Shown here in pieces: positions 1 to 7,345 of a stretch of 10,552 nucleotides of DNA. The stretch is taken from positions 1 through 10,552 of the forward strand of contig JAEOUE010000100.1 in the NCBI GenBank assembly GCA_016839515.1, in the 5' to 3' direction. The notes beneath the pieces are model-generated. The model saw only the letters and a program-made list of their open reading frames with translations. It did not search any database and was not told where the DNA came from. Source of the stretch: Candidatus Hodarchaeum mangrovi. Lineage in GTDB: Archaea > Asgardarchaeota > Heimdallarchaeia > Hodarchaeales > Hodarchaeaceae. A program made the translations under genes and the position numbers. Position 1 is the stretch's first letter; the number at the start of each line of letters is the position of its first letter.

Positions 1-1813
1 ATAATTTATCAGTAATTTCTTCACGAGGAATTATATGACTGATGGCATGTCTTACCCCTTTTTTATTTAAGTGGTAAATGCCTCCTTCTTCGAATTTAGG
101 ATTCATATAGAGAGATTGCCAACCAGATGCAGGTGTTAGAACAGGGGTAATAGTAGATGCAGCTTGGATTTCATCGAAAACATTTCTTAGCATATACCAT
201 GGATCAAGGATATCAACCATTCCTAATTTCATTTCAGCGATAGCAATATCCATGCCAGCCATAATTACTTTTGCAGATGTAGGCATAGCAAACCATTTAC
301 CTTCAGAAAACTCAAAGTATCTAAGGGATGTATTTGAAACCCAGGTTTTAGTTATGTGATCCCATTGTATCCCATCAAACTTCTCAAAAGTAATTTCATT
401 TTTAGTAGCATTATATTCTTTAAAAACTACGGGACCAGCTCCAATGGGTCCGTTTAAACCACCAGGATCAGAAGAATGACCAGTATTAAATGAGTGAGTT
501 GACCAATCCGATGGTTTACAGAGCCAGAGATTTGGATCAAAATTCCCACTTTTATCAAAACCATGGTTAACTGGATCACCAAGAATATGTTCAGGGAAAA
601 TACTAAAATCTAATACATCAGTTACAAAGGAGGGAAAAATAGTAACGAAATTAAAACTGATATGTTCAAAGAAACCATCATCATCTTTATCCTCAATAAT
701 AACAGAGTAATTCCCCCGATGATTGACTTTATCATCTAAACCAAACGGGAGAATCCATTCAGCCCATAATTCATCCGAATTACTACCACTTTTTTTACTT
801 AAAGTGGGAATTAGTTTAACTTGCAGAGAAAATGCGACATCCCACCCATCGAGCTGATGACCATCATGAAAAAAGACATTATCACATAATGTAATGTTAT
901 ACTGTAGCCCATTATTAGAATAATTACCTCTTTCTGTGGCAATCCTTGGAATAACTTTTAGATATTCCGTCGTACCAAAATTGGTGGTCATCCAAGCTTC
1001 ACGATCTGTATTCATAGGTAAAACAAGGTATTTTGAAGGAGTATGTTGAACTAGACCAGCCATTGATGAACCTACACTGTATATATCATAAATATTATCA
1101 GCAAATATTGGATTAAATGGAGGTCCACAGCCAGAAACTGCAAAAGTAACAGTGGGTCGGCCCCACATTGTGATAAGAGAATCGAAGGGGAAAAATACAG
1201 GATCATAACCATAAAGGGTAGAGGAAATCGCGTGCACGTCATATGGAGTGTAAACCACAATATGTGGTAAGACATCATACCAGATCTTCTGCCATTCAAC
1301 AAGTTGCATTCCTAATTCAGAACGATTGTAATTTGTCCTTATTCTTTGGATTAAATTATTCGACTCTTCAGCGCGGTATGTCATATAATGCTTGGATGGA
1401 TCATTAGCCCAGTACATTATATTAAACCCAGCTGGGGGGATGGCAGTAGTACCATAACCCCCTTGTAATCCATCACCAAGGTGTCTTATGGGACTTCCCA
1501 CCCCCGTTCCAAGAACAATAAGATCATAACCTCCATCTTTATAAGCACCAACTTCTTCTTTAATTGAACGGGGATAAAGAGTCGGCCAACCTACATAATC
1601 TAATTCAGCTTTGATACCTATTTTAGCAAATTCTGGAACCATCATTTGTTCCCAAAGTAATCGTAATGGTCCACTTATAGGTGCTAGCATATTAACAGAG
1701 AAGAAATAGTCCTGTCCAACTTCACCATGTGGAGTGATAATTAATGGACTTATTATAAAAGAGAAGTAAAATAATAGAAAAAAGAATCGTCTACATAAAG
1801 AATAAAAGCTCAT
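1..1813 (-). CDS. ABC transporter substrate-binding protein, family 5 (DppA/OppA-like), circularly permuted and divergent; 3' end runs off the window (at least 604 aa)
   Basis: Manual minus-strand translation from ATG 1813 (in-frame TGA just upstream at 1823-1825) is open to position 1: MSFYSLCRRFFFLLFYFSFIISPLII...FFSVNMLAP...EFAKIGIKAELDYVGW...YDL...EWQKIWYDVLPHIVVY...TVTFAVSG..PPFNP...IPRIA...YNITLCDNVFFHDGHQLDGWDVAFS...GPIGAGPVVF...VDILD...LYMNPK...GVRHAISHIIPREEI. It has family-5 SBP motifs (FHDG, PIGxGP, VRxAIS), a hydrophobic N-terminal signal/anchor and a GAAGGGA RBS-like motif upstream. It is probably absent from the ORF track because it has no stop in the window. Confidence 0.9.
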   Translation of the reverse strand, partial: MSFYSLCRRFFFLLFYFSFIISPLIITPHGEVGQDYFFSVNMLAPISGPLRLLWEQMMVPEFAKIGIKAELDYVGWPTLYPRSIKEEVGAYKDGGYDLIVLGTGVGSPIRHLGDGLQGGYGTTAIPPAGFNIMYWANDPSKHYMTYRAEESNNLIQRIRTNYNRSELGMQLVEWQKIWYDVLPHIVVYTPYDVHAISSTLYGYDPVFFPFDSLITMWGRPTVTFAVSGCGPPFNPIFADNIYDIYSVGSSMAGLVQHTPSKYLVLPMNTDREAWMTTNFGTTEYLKVIPRIATERGNYSNNGLQYNITLCDNVFFHDGHQLDGWDVAFSLQVKLIPTLSKKSGSNSDELWAEWILPFGLDDKVNHRGNYSVIIEDKDDDGFFEHISFNFVTIFPSFVTDVLDFSIFPEHILGDPVNHGFDKSGNFDPNLWLCKPSDWSTHSFNTGHSSDPGGLNGPIGAGPVVFKEYNATKNEITFEKFDGIQWDHITKTWVSNTSLRYFEFSEGKWFAMPTSAKVIMAGMDIAIAEMKLGMVDILDPWYMLRNVFDEIQAASTITPVLTPASGWQSLYMNPKFEEGGIYHLNKKGVRHAISHIIPREEITDKL

Positions 1814-2100
1814 TAAATCCCTTCATGGGAACAATTATAATCCTATACCTTAATTGTTTAAAAAGATTTGTATCTATATGTGTTTTCAAACCATTTTGTC
1901 AATATTAGGATAAAAATCTCAGGTTGATTATATATTAAATAAATGATATAAAAGAAAATCTAGAAAAAAGACTAAGTGAAGATGATTGGTCCTAAAAGAG
2001 GCAAATATTCTTTTCCATAAAAGAGGAGAGGAAATTTTTTGAAAAATTCGTTTAAAGTTTTATTAAGCTATATTTTTCAAAAATAACCTTAGGGATTAAA

Positions 2101-2886
2101 TTGGTCTGGAATATTTTTTTCGACTTGCATGGGCCATTAGTTGATTTAAGAAAGGTATTTCAAAATTATGATGCGTATTTAGTCACGGTATTATCCCCTA
2201 TTGGTCTTTCTCATAGAAGAATTAGTTGTCTTCATAGAAAAGCTTTAGATCAATGGCTTGATAAAGTCAATAAAATTGCTACTGACCCTAAATGTGAAAT
2301 TGACCCTGATTATTTTTTAAAGGAAATGGAAAGGATTGATAAAGAATGGGAGCAATTTATATTGACTAAAATACCAAAAAGTAAAAGAATGCAGGTTGAA
2401 GATCATATCAAAGCATCAATTGTGGAATATAATGCATTAGCTAAAGGTCAAATTCCTATTTTATTTCCAGAAGTTCGATCCACATTATTAGAATTATCTC
2501 AGATTCCTACTCTTAATTTAAACATAGCATCCTCCGCTAGTTCTCACCACATTAAAGGGGTTATTATTCTTCATAATTTAGAAGGATTATTTAAATATTT
2601 AATCGGATATGATATAGTTAAGGCCCCTAAAAAAGGATTAACTGGAATCTATTATAAAAAAATCATTGAATTGACCCAAGCACAACCAGCGAAAACAATT
2701 TTCATTGGAGATTCACGAGAGGAAGCTGCACATTCAAAAAAGGTGGGTTTCAAATTTATCATGGTCTCACGAAATGGAACTACTTTTTCTGACCTCGAAA
2801 CGAATGATACTTTTCATTATGTTAGAAAGTTTGATGAAACTCCAAGTTTAGTTCATGAATGGTTAGAAATGGAGCTGAAGGAATAA
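2101..2886 (+). CDS. HAD-superfamily hydrolase (C1-cap type, phosphoglycolate phosphatase-like fold) with atypical motif I
   Basis: Motif I IFFDLHGPLVD, motif II IASSAS, motif III Lys (KAPKK), motif IV FIGDSREE, followed by GFKFIMV. A helical cap region lies between motifs I and II. TTG start with AGGGA at 2091-2095. Confidence 0.85.
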   Translation: MVWNIFFDLHGPLVDLRKVFQNYDAYLVTVLSPIGLSHRRISCLHRKALDQWLDKVNKIATDPKCEIDPDYFLKEMERIDKEWEQFILTKIPKSKRMQVEDHIKASIVEYNALAKGQIPILFPEVRSTLLELSQIPTLNLNIASSASSHHIKGVIILHNLEGLFKYLIGYDIVKAPKKGLTGIYYKKIIELTQAQPAKTIFIGDSREEAAHSKKVGFKFIMVSRNGTTFSDLETNDTFHYVRKFDETPSLVHEWLEMELKE

Positions 2887-3037
2887 TAGTATTCTGTTCT
2901 AATATAAGATAGTATCAAGTTAATACTTTTTCTAGGTTCTTCAAACGTAATTCGTTCTTTTAATACAACAAATATATTATTCTTCTATTAATACCCAATA
3001 ATAACATTTAGTTTAGTCGTTTACAAAATTATTGAAT

Positions 3038-4006
3038 TTATCGTGAATCAGTGGGATAAAAACAAGCTGTCCAGTGGTTTTTCCTTATTTCCTCTAATGG
3101 AGGTTCTTCCCGTGAACATTTTTCTTGAGCATATTTACAGCGTTTTACAAATCGACAGCATTTAGGAGGATCGATGGGAGTGGGTACTTCTCCAGTTAAC
3201 AATTCTCTTTTCTTCTTTGTTCTTGGATCAGGGATTGGAACAGAAGCAATTAAAGCTTCAGCATAAGGATGTTGGGGATAATCAAAAAGATCATTAATTT
3301 CTCCTAGTTCTACAATTTGTCCGAGATACATTACACCTACCCTATTACAAACATGTCTGACTACTGAAAGATCATGTGAAATGAAGATATATGTAAGAGC
3401 AAATTCTTTCTGTAGTTTTTCAAGTAAATTTAAGACTTGTGCTCGAACTGAAACATCTAATGCTGAAACTGGTTCATCCATAATTAAAATATCAGGTTCG
3501 ACGGCTAAAGCTCTTGCGATAACTACCCTCTGTCGTTGTCCTCCAGAAAATTCATGTGGATATCTATATAAATGAAATGGGGCTAATCCAACAGTTTCCA
3601 TAAGCTGAAGAATTCGTTTTTTCTTTTTCTTCCCTTTAATTAATTTGTGAATATCAAGAGGTTCACCAATAATATCATAAACTGTCATTCTGGGATTTAA
3701 TGATGAGTATGGGTCTTGGAATATCAATTGAATTCTTCTACGCATTTGGGTTTTTTTATTTCTAAAAATATCCTTACCATCAAAAAGTATCCTCCCTGAT
3801 GTTGGAAAGAGTAGCTTTAAAATTAATTTTGCAACTGTAGTTTTTCCACACCCTGACTCTCCAACTAATCCAAATGTTTCTCCTTTATTAACAGTAAAGT
3901 TTACATTATCAACAGCATGAATAAAAGAGCCGCTTCGAGTACCAAAAATTCCCATTTGAACTGGAAATTTCTTTGTCAGATTCTCTAATCTAAGAATTTC
4001 ATTCAT
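3038..4006 (-). CDS. dppF: Dipeptide/oligopeptide ABC transporter ATP-binding subunit (DppF/OppF)
   Basis: Walker A GESGCGKT, Q-loop IFQDPYSSLNPR, signature FSGGQRQR, Walker B ILIMDEP, H-loop ISHD, C-terminal HPY domain with Cys cluster. Start re-called to ATG 4006 (MNEILRLENL) because AGAGGGA lies just upstream, overlapping the dppD stop. Confidence 0.95.
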   Translation of the reverse strand: MNEILRLENLTKKFPVQMGIFGTRSGSFIHAVDNVNFTVNKGETFGLVGESGCGKTTVAKLILKLLFPTSGRILFDGKDIFRNKKTQMRRRIQLIFQDPYSSLNPRMTVYDIIGEPLDIHKLIKGKKKKKRILQLMETVGLAPFHLYRYPHEFSGGQRQRVVIARALAVEPDILIMDEPVSALDVSVRAQVLNLLEKLQKEFALTYIFISHDLSVVRHVCNRVGVMYLGQIVELGEINDLFDYPQHPYAEALIASVPIPDPRTKKKRELLTGEVPTPIDPPKCCRFVKRCKYAQEKCSREEPPLEEIRKNHWTACFYPTDSR

Positions 4007-4016
4007 TATATTCCCT

Positions 4017-5045
4017 CTAACTATAGAGATGACACCGAACAAAATGACGAGGAGCTATCTCTAATCTTTTAGGAACCTCTTTGCTACATATATCCATTAC
4101 ATCTTTGCAGCGTGGATGGAATCTACATCCAGATGGAGGATTAATTAAATTTGGGATAGAACCTTTAATAACTTCGAGATGATCAAGCTTTCGATCTACT
4201 CTTGGTATTGAAGATAATAAATCTCGTGTATAGGGATGTGCCGGATTCACGAAACATTCTAAACAAGAGTTTTCTTCAACAATATATCCTGCATACATTA
4301 CTGCTACACGATCAGCTATTTCTGCAACAACGGCAAAATTATGTGTTATATAAAGAACAGCGGTATTATATTTCTGCTTTAATTTATCTATTAAATAAAG
4401 TACTTGAGCTTGAATTGTAACATCAAGTGCTGTTGTAGGCTCATCAGCTATGAGTAAAGATGGTCGACAAGAAAGAGCAATTGCTATCATGATTCTTTGT
4501 CGCATACCACCGGAAAATTGATGAGGAAAATCTTGTGAACGTTTTTCTGCATCAGGTATTCCTACTTCTTTCATCATTCTTATAGCTTCAGTTTTTGCTT
4601 CATTTGGATCTAATTTTTGATGAACCCTTAAATTTTCAGCAATTTGGTCAGCTACTGAATAAAGAGGATTCAAAGATGTCATTGGATCTTGAAAGATCAT
4701 TGATATATTTCCCCCACGAACTATACGCATCTCTTTATTTGAAAATTGTAATAAATCCTTAGTTTTAAATAAAATGGATCCACTGATAATTTTTGCAGGG
4801 GGAATCGGTAATAATTGTATAATAGAAAGTGCTGAAACAGTTTTTCCTGATCCTGATTCTCCAATTAAGCCTAATGTTTCTCCTTTCTTAATATCTAAGT
4901 CAATACCCTCGACGGCCTTAACTATGCCCTCCTCAGTGTAAAAATATACTTTTAAATTTCTTATCTTAACAAGAAATTCACTTTCTCTTTCGATGGTATT
5001 AACCAGATCTTTTTCTGAGAAATTTGAATCCAAATGTGATACCAA
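4017..5045 (-). CDS. dppD: Dipeptide/oligopeptide ABC transporter ATP-binding subunit (DppD/OppD)
   Basis: Walker [53 protein letters not shown] and [12 protein letters not shown] tail. Start uncertain: TTG 5045 or TTG 5033, with no clear RBS. Confidence 0.95.
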   Translation of the reverse strand: MVSHLDSNFSEKDLVNTIERESEFLVKIRNLKVYFYTEEGIVKAVEGIDLDIKKGETLGLIGESGSGKTVSALSIIQLLPIPPAKIISGSILFKTKDLLQFSNKEMRIVRGGNISMIFQDPMTSLNPLYSVADQIAENLRVHQKLDPNEAKTEAIRMMKEVGIPDAEKRSQDFPHQFSGGMRQRIMIAIALSCRPSLLIADEPTTALDVTIQAQVLYLIDKLKQKYNTAVLYITHNFAVVAEIADRVAVMYAGYIVEENSCLECFVNPAHPYTRDLLSSIPRVDRKLDHLEVIKGSIPNLINPPSGCRFHPRCKDVMDICSKEVPKRLEIAPRHFVRCHLYS

Positions 5046-5182
5046 CGTTTAATTAGATATTCTTGTATCGGATTTTAAATTATGTATTTAATCTCTTTCT
5101 TCTATTCATCTGTATTGTTATAAAAAGAAGACAAATCTCTTTGGTTTTGTAGAAATTAAAAATAAAAGACTTATTACATTAT

Positions 5183-5257
5183 TTCAAATTAATTTGAATC
5201 TCAATTTTTAATTTTTTAATAATATTCTCACAAAAACGTTATTCAAATTCCTTTGAA
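5183..5257. promoter_or_regulatory. Pair of TTCAAA-N4-TTTGAA palindromes (5183-5198 and 5242-5257), putative transcription-factor sites
   Basis: TTCAAATTAATTTGAA (perfect 16-bp palindrome) and TTCAAATTCCTTTGAA, 59 bp apart in the dppD/dppA divergent intergenic region. Confidence 0.55.
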
Positions 5258-5413
5258 CATATGTAGAGTAAAATCTAAGCGTCTTTAATTTCAATCATCT
5301 GGTTAATGAATATTATCGCTTAATTAACGTAGAAAACACAAAATATGATTTTTTAAGGAAATTATTTTCGTTGACTTGATATAAATGTTTAAAAACGTTT
5401 CAGTGGAAGTAGC

Positions 5414-5474
5414 AACTTGTTTTTGAAAATCAGAATAATTTTCTTTTTATTGTAACTGGTTTTCGAAAATCAGA
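5414..5474. promoter_or_regulatory. Tandem 21-bp direct repeat with palindromic core, putative operator pair for dppA
   Basis: AACTTGTTTTTGAAAATCAGA (5414-5434) and AACTGGTTTTCGAAAATCAGA (5454-5474): 19/21 identical with a 40-bp period. The copy-2 core CTGGTTTTCGAAAATCAG is palindromic except for one base pair. Confidence 0.65.
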
Positions 5475-5478
5475 TTCT

Positions 5479-5484
5479 AGGAGA
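5479..5484 (+). promoter_or_regulatory. Ribosome-binding site of dppA
   Basis: AGGAGA 8 nt upstream of the TTG start at 5493. Confidence 0.7.
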
Positions 5485-5492
5485 ATTTTAAT

Positions 5493-7271
5493 TTGAATAA
5501 TACAAAATTTAAACTTCTGGTATTAACATTAATTCTAGGATTGTTCTTTGCAAGTTTACCACTCCCCGCACTTGCTGCAGAGGAATTATCACTGGAATTA
5601 TGGTATATGCCAGTAAAACGACCATATTTTCCTGACGCTAAAACAGTCGCGGAATTTATGCAAGCTGACCTTAGCAAAATAGGAATTACAACAACTCTAA
5701 AAACTTTTGATTGGAGTGAATATCTGGAAAGAACAGAAGCTGGTGAGCATGACATGTGTCTTCTTGGTTGGAGTGCTGATCTTGCGGATCCAGATAACTT
5801 TATGTATGTATTATTGCATGTGGATACAGCTACAGTAGGAAGTGCAGGTAATGTTGCTTTTTATAACAATTCTGAAGTCAACGCTTTACTTACTGAAGCT
5901 CAGCAAACCACTGATTTGGCAACAAGAACGAAAAATTATAAAGATGCTCAATGGTTAGTTCATAAGGATTCACCATGGGTTACTGTAGCTCATTCTCAAA
6001 ACCTCGCAGCATATTTGAGTAGTGTCTCTGGATTTCAAACCCATCCGACTGGTTCAGGAACTAATGTTTTTGCTAATGTTACTAAATCCGGTTCTACAAC
6101 CTTAACAATAGGCCGTGTTGGTGATTCGGATAGCCTTGACCCAGCAGAACCAACTGATGGGCAATCATTTAAAGTTATGAGACAAATATTTGATGGTTTA
6201 TACAATCTTCCAGCAGGTTCCACTATTCCTGAACCTGGACTAGCTACAAGCTATACTACATCTGCTGATCTACTTGAATGGACCTTTACTTTACGTCAGG
6301 GTGTCAAATTCCATGATGGAACCCCATTTAATGCCTCAGCTGTTGTATTTAGTTTTGAACGTGCACAAGCCTGGGCGGATAATACCTCTACATACTACAT
6401 AAATGGATGGACTCCGCCAGAAGCTGGTTATATTGACTGGATTTTTGGTGGTGTAAATGTAAACATTTCTCAAGTTGACACTTATACTGTGAAATTTACT
6501 TTAGACGCGAAATACGCACCATTCTTTAATACAATGGCAATTCCTCCTTTTGCAATAGTAAGTCCAACATATGTCAAAGCTCATAATGGAACCACGAACT
6601 TAGATCGTTTGGGTCTTAATCCAGTTGGTACTGGTCCTTATAAGTTTGTAAGCTGGGAACAAGAACAAACAATTACTCTAATAAAGAATGACGATTTCTG
6701 GGGTACCGCTACTGGGGCTAATACCCTAATATTTAAACATATTGAAGAAGAAGCTACAGCTATTATCGAAATAACTGCAGGAACACCCACAATTGATATT
6801 CTTGATGATTTTTCAGGAACTAATGTGCCAGCAATAGAAGCAGCTAGCGGAGTAAATATGTTCACTCAACCTGGAATGAATATTGGTTATTTAGCGATGA
6901 ATGCTCTCCGTTATCCATTTAATAATACTGAAGCAGTCGATGATCCAGATTTCGGAGGACAAACAACCCATGCCTCTTTAGTACGTCGAGCTTTCCATTA
7001 TGCAATTAATCGAAGTGCAATTATTGAAAACGCATACGGTGGATATGCAGTTCAGGCTAAAAATCCATTCCCACCAAGTATCTGGGGTTATAATGATACA
7101 ATAGAAGATTATAAATTTGATCCCGACCATGCCCGAGATATATTAAAATCTCTTGGGTATGCAGTTAAAGGTGGAAGACCAGCAGGACCTGATGCTATTA
7201 CTGCATTAATAACGGCCTTAGGTGGATTTATAGTTCTAACAATCCTCTTCAGTAATAGAAGGAAGAAATAA
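5493..7271 (+). CDS. dppA: Dipeptide ABC transporter substrate-binding protein (DppA-like), circularly permuted, with Sec signal peptide and C-terminal membrane anchor
   Basis: Signal peptide ending ...LPALA. DppA motifs LWYMPVKRPY, GWSADLADPDNF, TLRQGVKFHDG, NPVGTGPY, PGMNIGYL, VRRA, KNPFPPSIWGYND and YKFDPD. C-terminal hydrophobic helix followed by RRKK. Confidence 0.93.
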   Translation: MNNTKFKLLVLTLILGLFFASLPLPALAAEELSLELWYMPVKRPYFPDAKTVAEFMQADLSKIGITTTLKTFDWSEYLERTEAGEHDMCLLGWSADLADPDNFMYVLLHVDTATVGSAGNVAFYNNSEVNALLTEAQQTTDLATRTKNYKDAQWLVHKDSPWVTVAHSQNLAAYLSSVSGFQTHPTGSGTNVFANVTKSGSTTLTIGRVGDSDSLDPAEPTDGQSFKVMRQIFDGLYNLPAGSTIPEPGLATSYTTSADLLEWTFTLRQGVKFHDGTPFNASAVVFSFERAQAWADNTSTYYINGWTPPEAGYIDWIFGGVNVNISQVDTYTVKFTLDAKYAPFFNTMAIPPFAIVSPTYVKAHNGTTNLDRLGLNPVGTGPYKFVSWEQEQTITLIKNDDFWGTATGANTLIFKHIEEEATAIIEITAGTPTIDILDDFSGTNVPAIEAASGVNMFTQPGMNIGYLAMNALRYPFNNTEAVDDPDFGGQTTHASLVRRAFHYAINRSAIIENAYGGYAVQAKNPFPPSIWGYNDTIEDYKFDPDHARDILKSLGYAVKGGRPAGPDAITALITALGGFIVLTILFSNRRKK

Positions 7272-7305
7272 CCTTTTTATTCCCCCTCTTCTTTTTTTTC
7301 TTTTT
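7272..7305 (+). terminator. Oligo-T (archaeal-type) terminator candidate after dppA
   Basis: Pyrimidine tract with T5, T8 and T5 runs immediately after the TAA. No strong hairpin is visible. Confidence 0.55.
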
Positions 7306-7345
7306 AATATATAAATCAACAATCCTCCTTCTTTGAATCGTCTTC

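Noticed and set aside
1072-1302. 76-aa minus-strand ORF in the track
   Set aside because: It is an alternative frame inside the long SBP gene (1813 to 1), which carries the family motifs.
2031-2085. TTTTTGAAAAAT-like dyads upstream of the HAD gene resembling the core of the dppA repeat
   Set aside because: Almost pure A/T homopolymer and lacking the CTG/CAG flanks, so not distinguishable from background.
3613-3637. KGKKKKKR lysine run in DppF as a slippage or localisation signal
   Set aside because: It uses mixed AAG/AAA codons, the frame is intact, and it lies in a normally variable basic loop of the helical subdomain.
4007-4042. Track start of dppF at TTG 4042
   Set aside because: It overlaps the end of dppD. 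ATG 4006 has an RBS and gives a typical N-terminus.
3381-4420. Plus-strand ORFs 3381-3575 and 4202-4420
   Set aside because: Antisense shadows of dppF and dppD with no motifs.
5414-5474. CRISPR interpretation of the 21-bp repeat pair
   Set aside because: Only two copies, a 19-bp spacer and no cas genes.
5477-6865. Minus-strand ORFs 5477-5755, 6035-6223 and 6638-6865
   Set aside because: Antisense shadows of dppA.
7234-7331. Minus-strand AAGGAGG followed by TTG and a roughly 28-codon Lys/Arg-rich ORF after the membrane gene
   Set aside because: The ORF is only the reverse read of the dppA T-tract and 3' end. It could be a relic RBS from the ancestral operon, but this cannot be supported.
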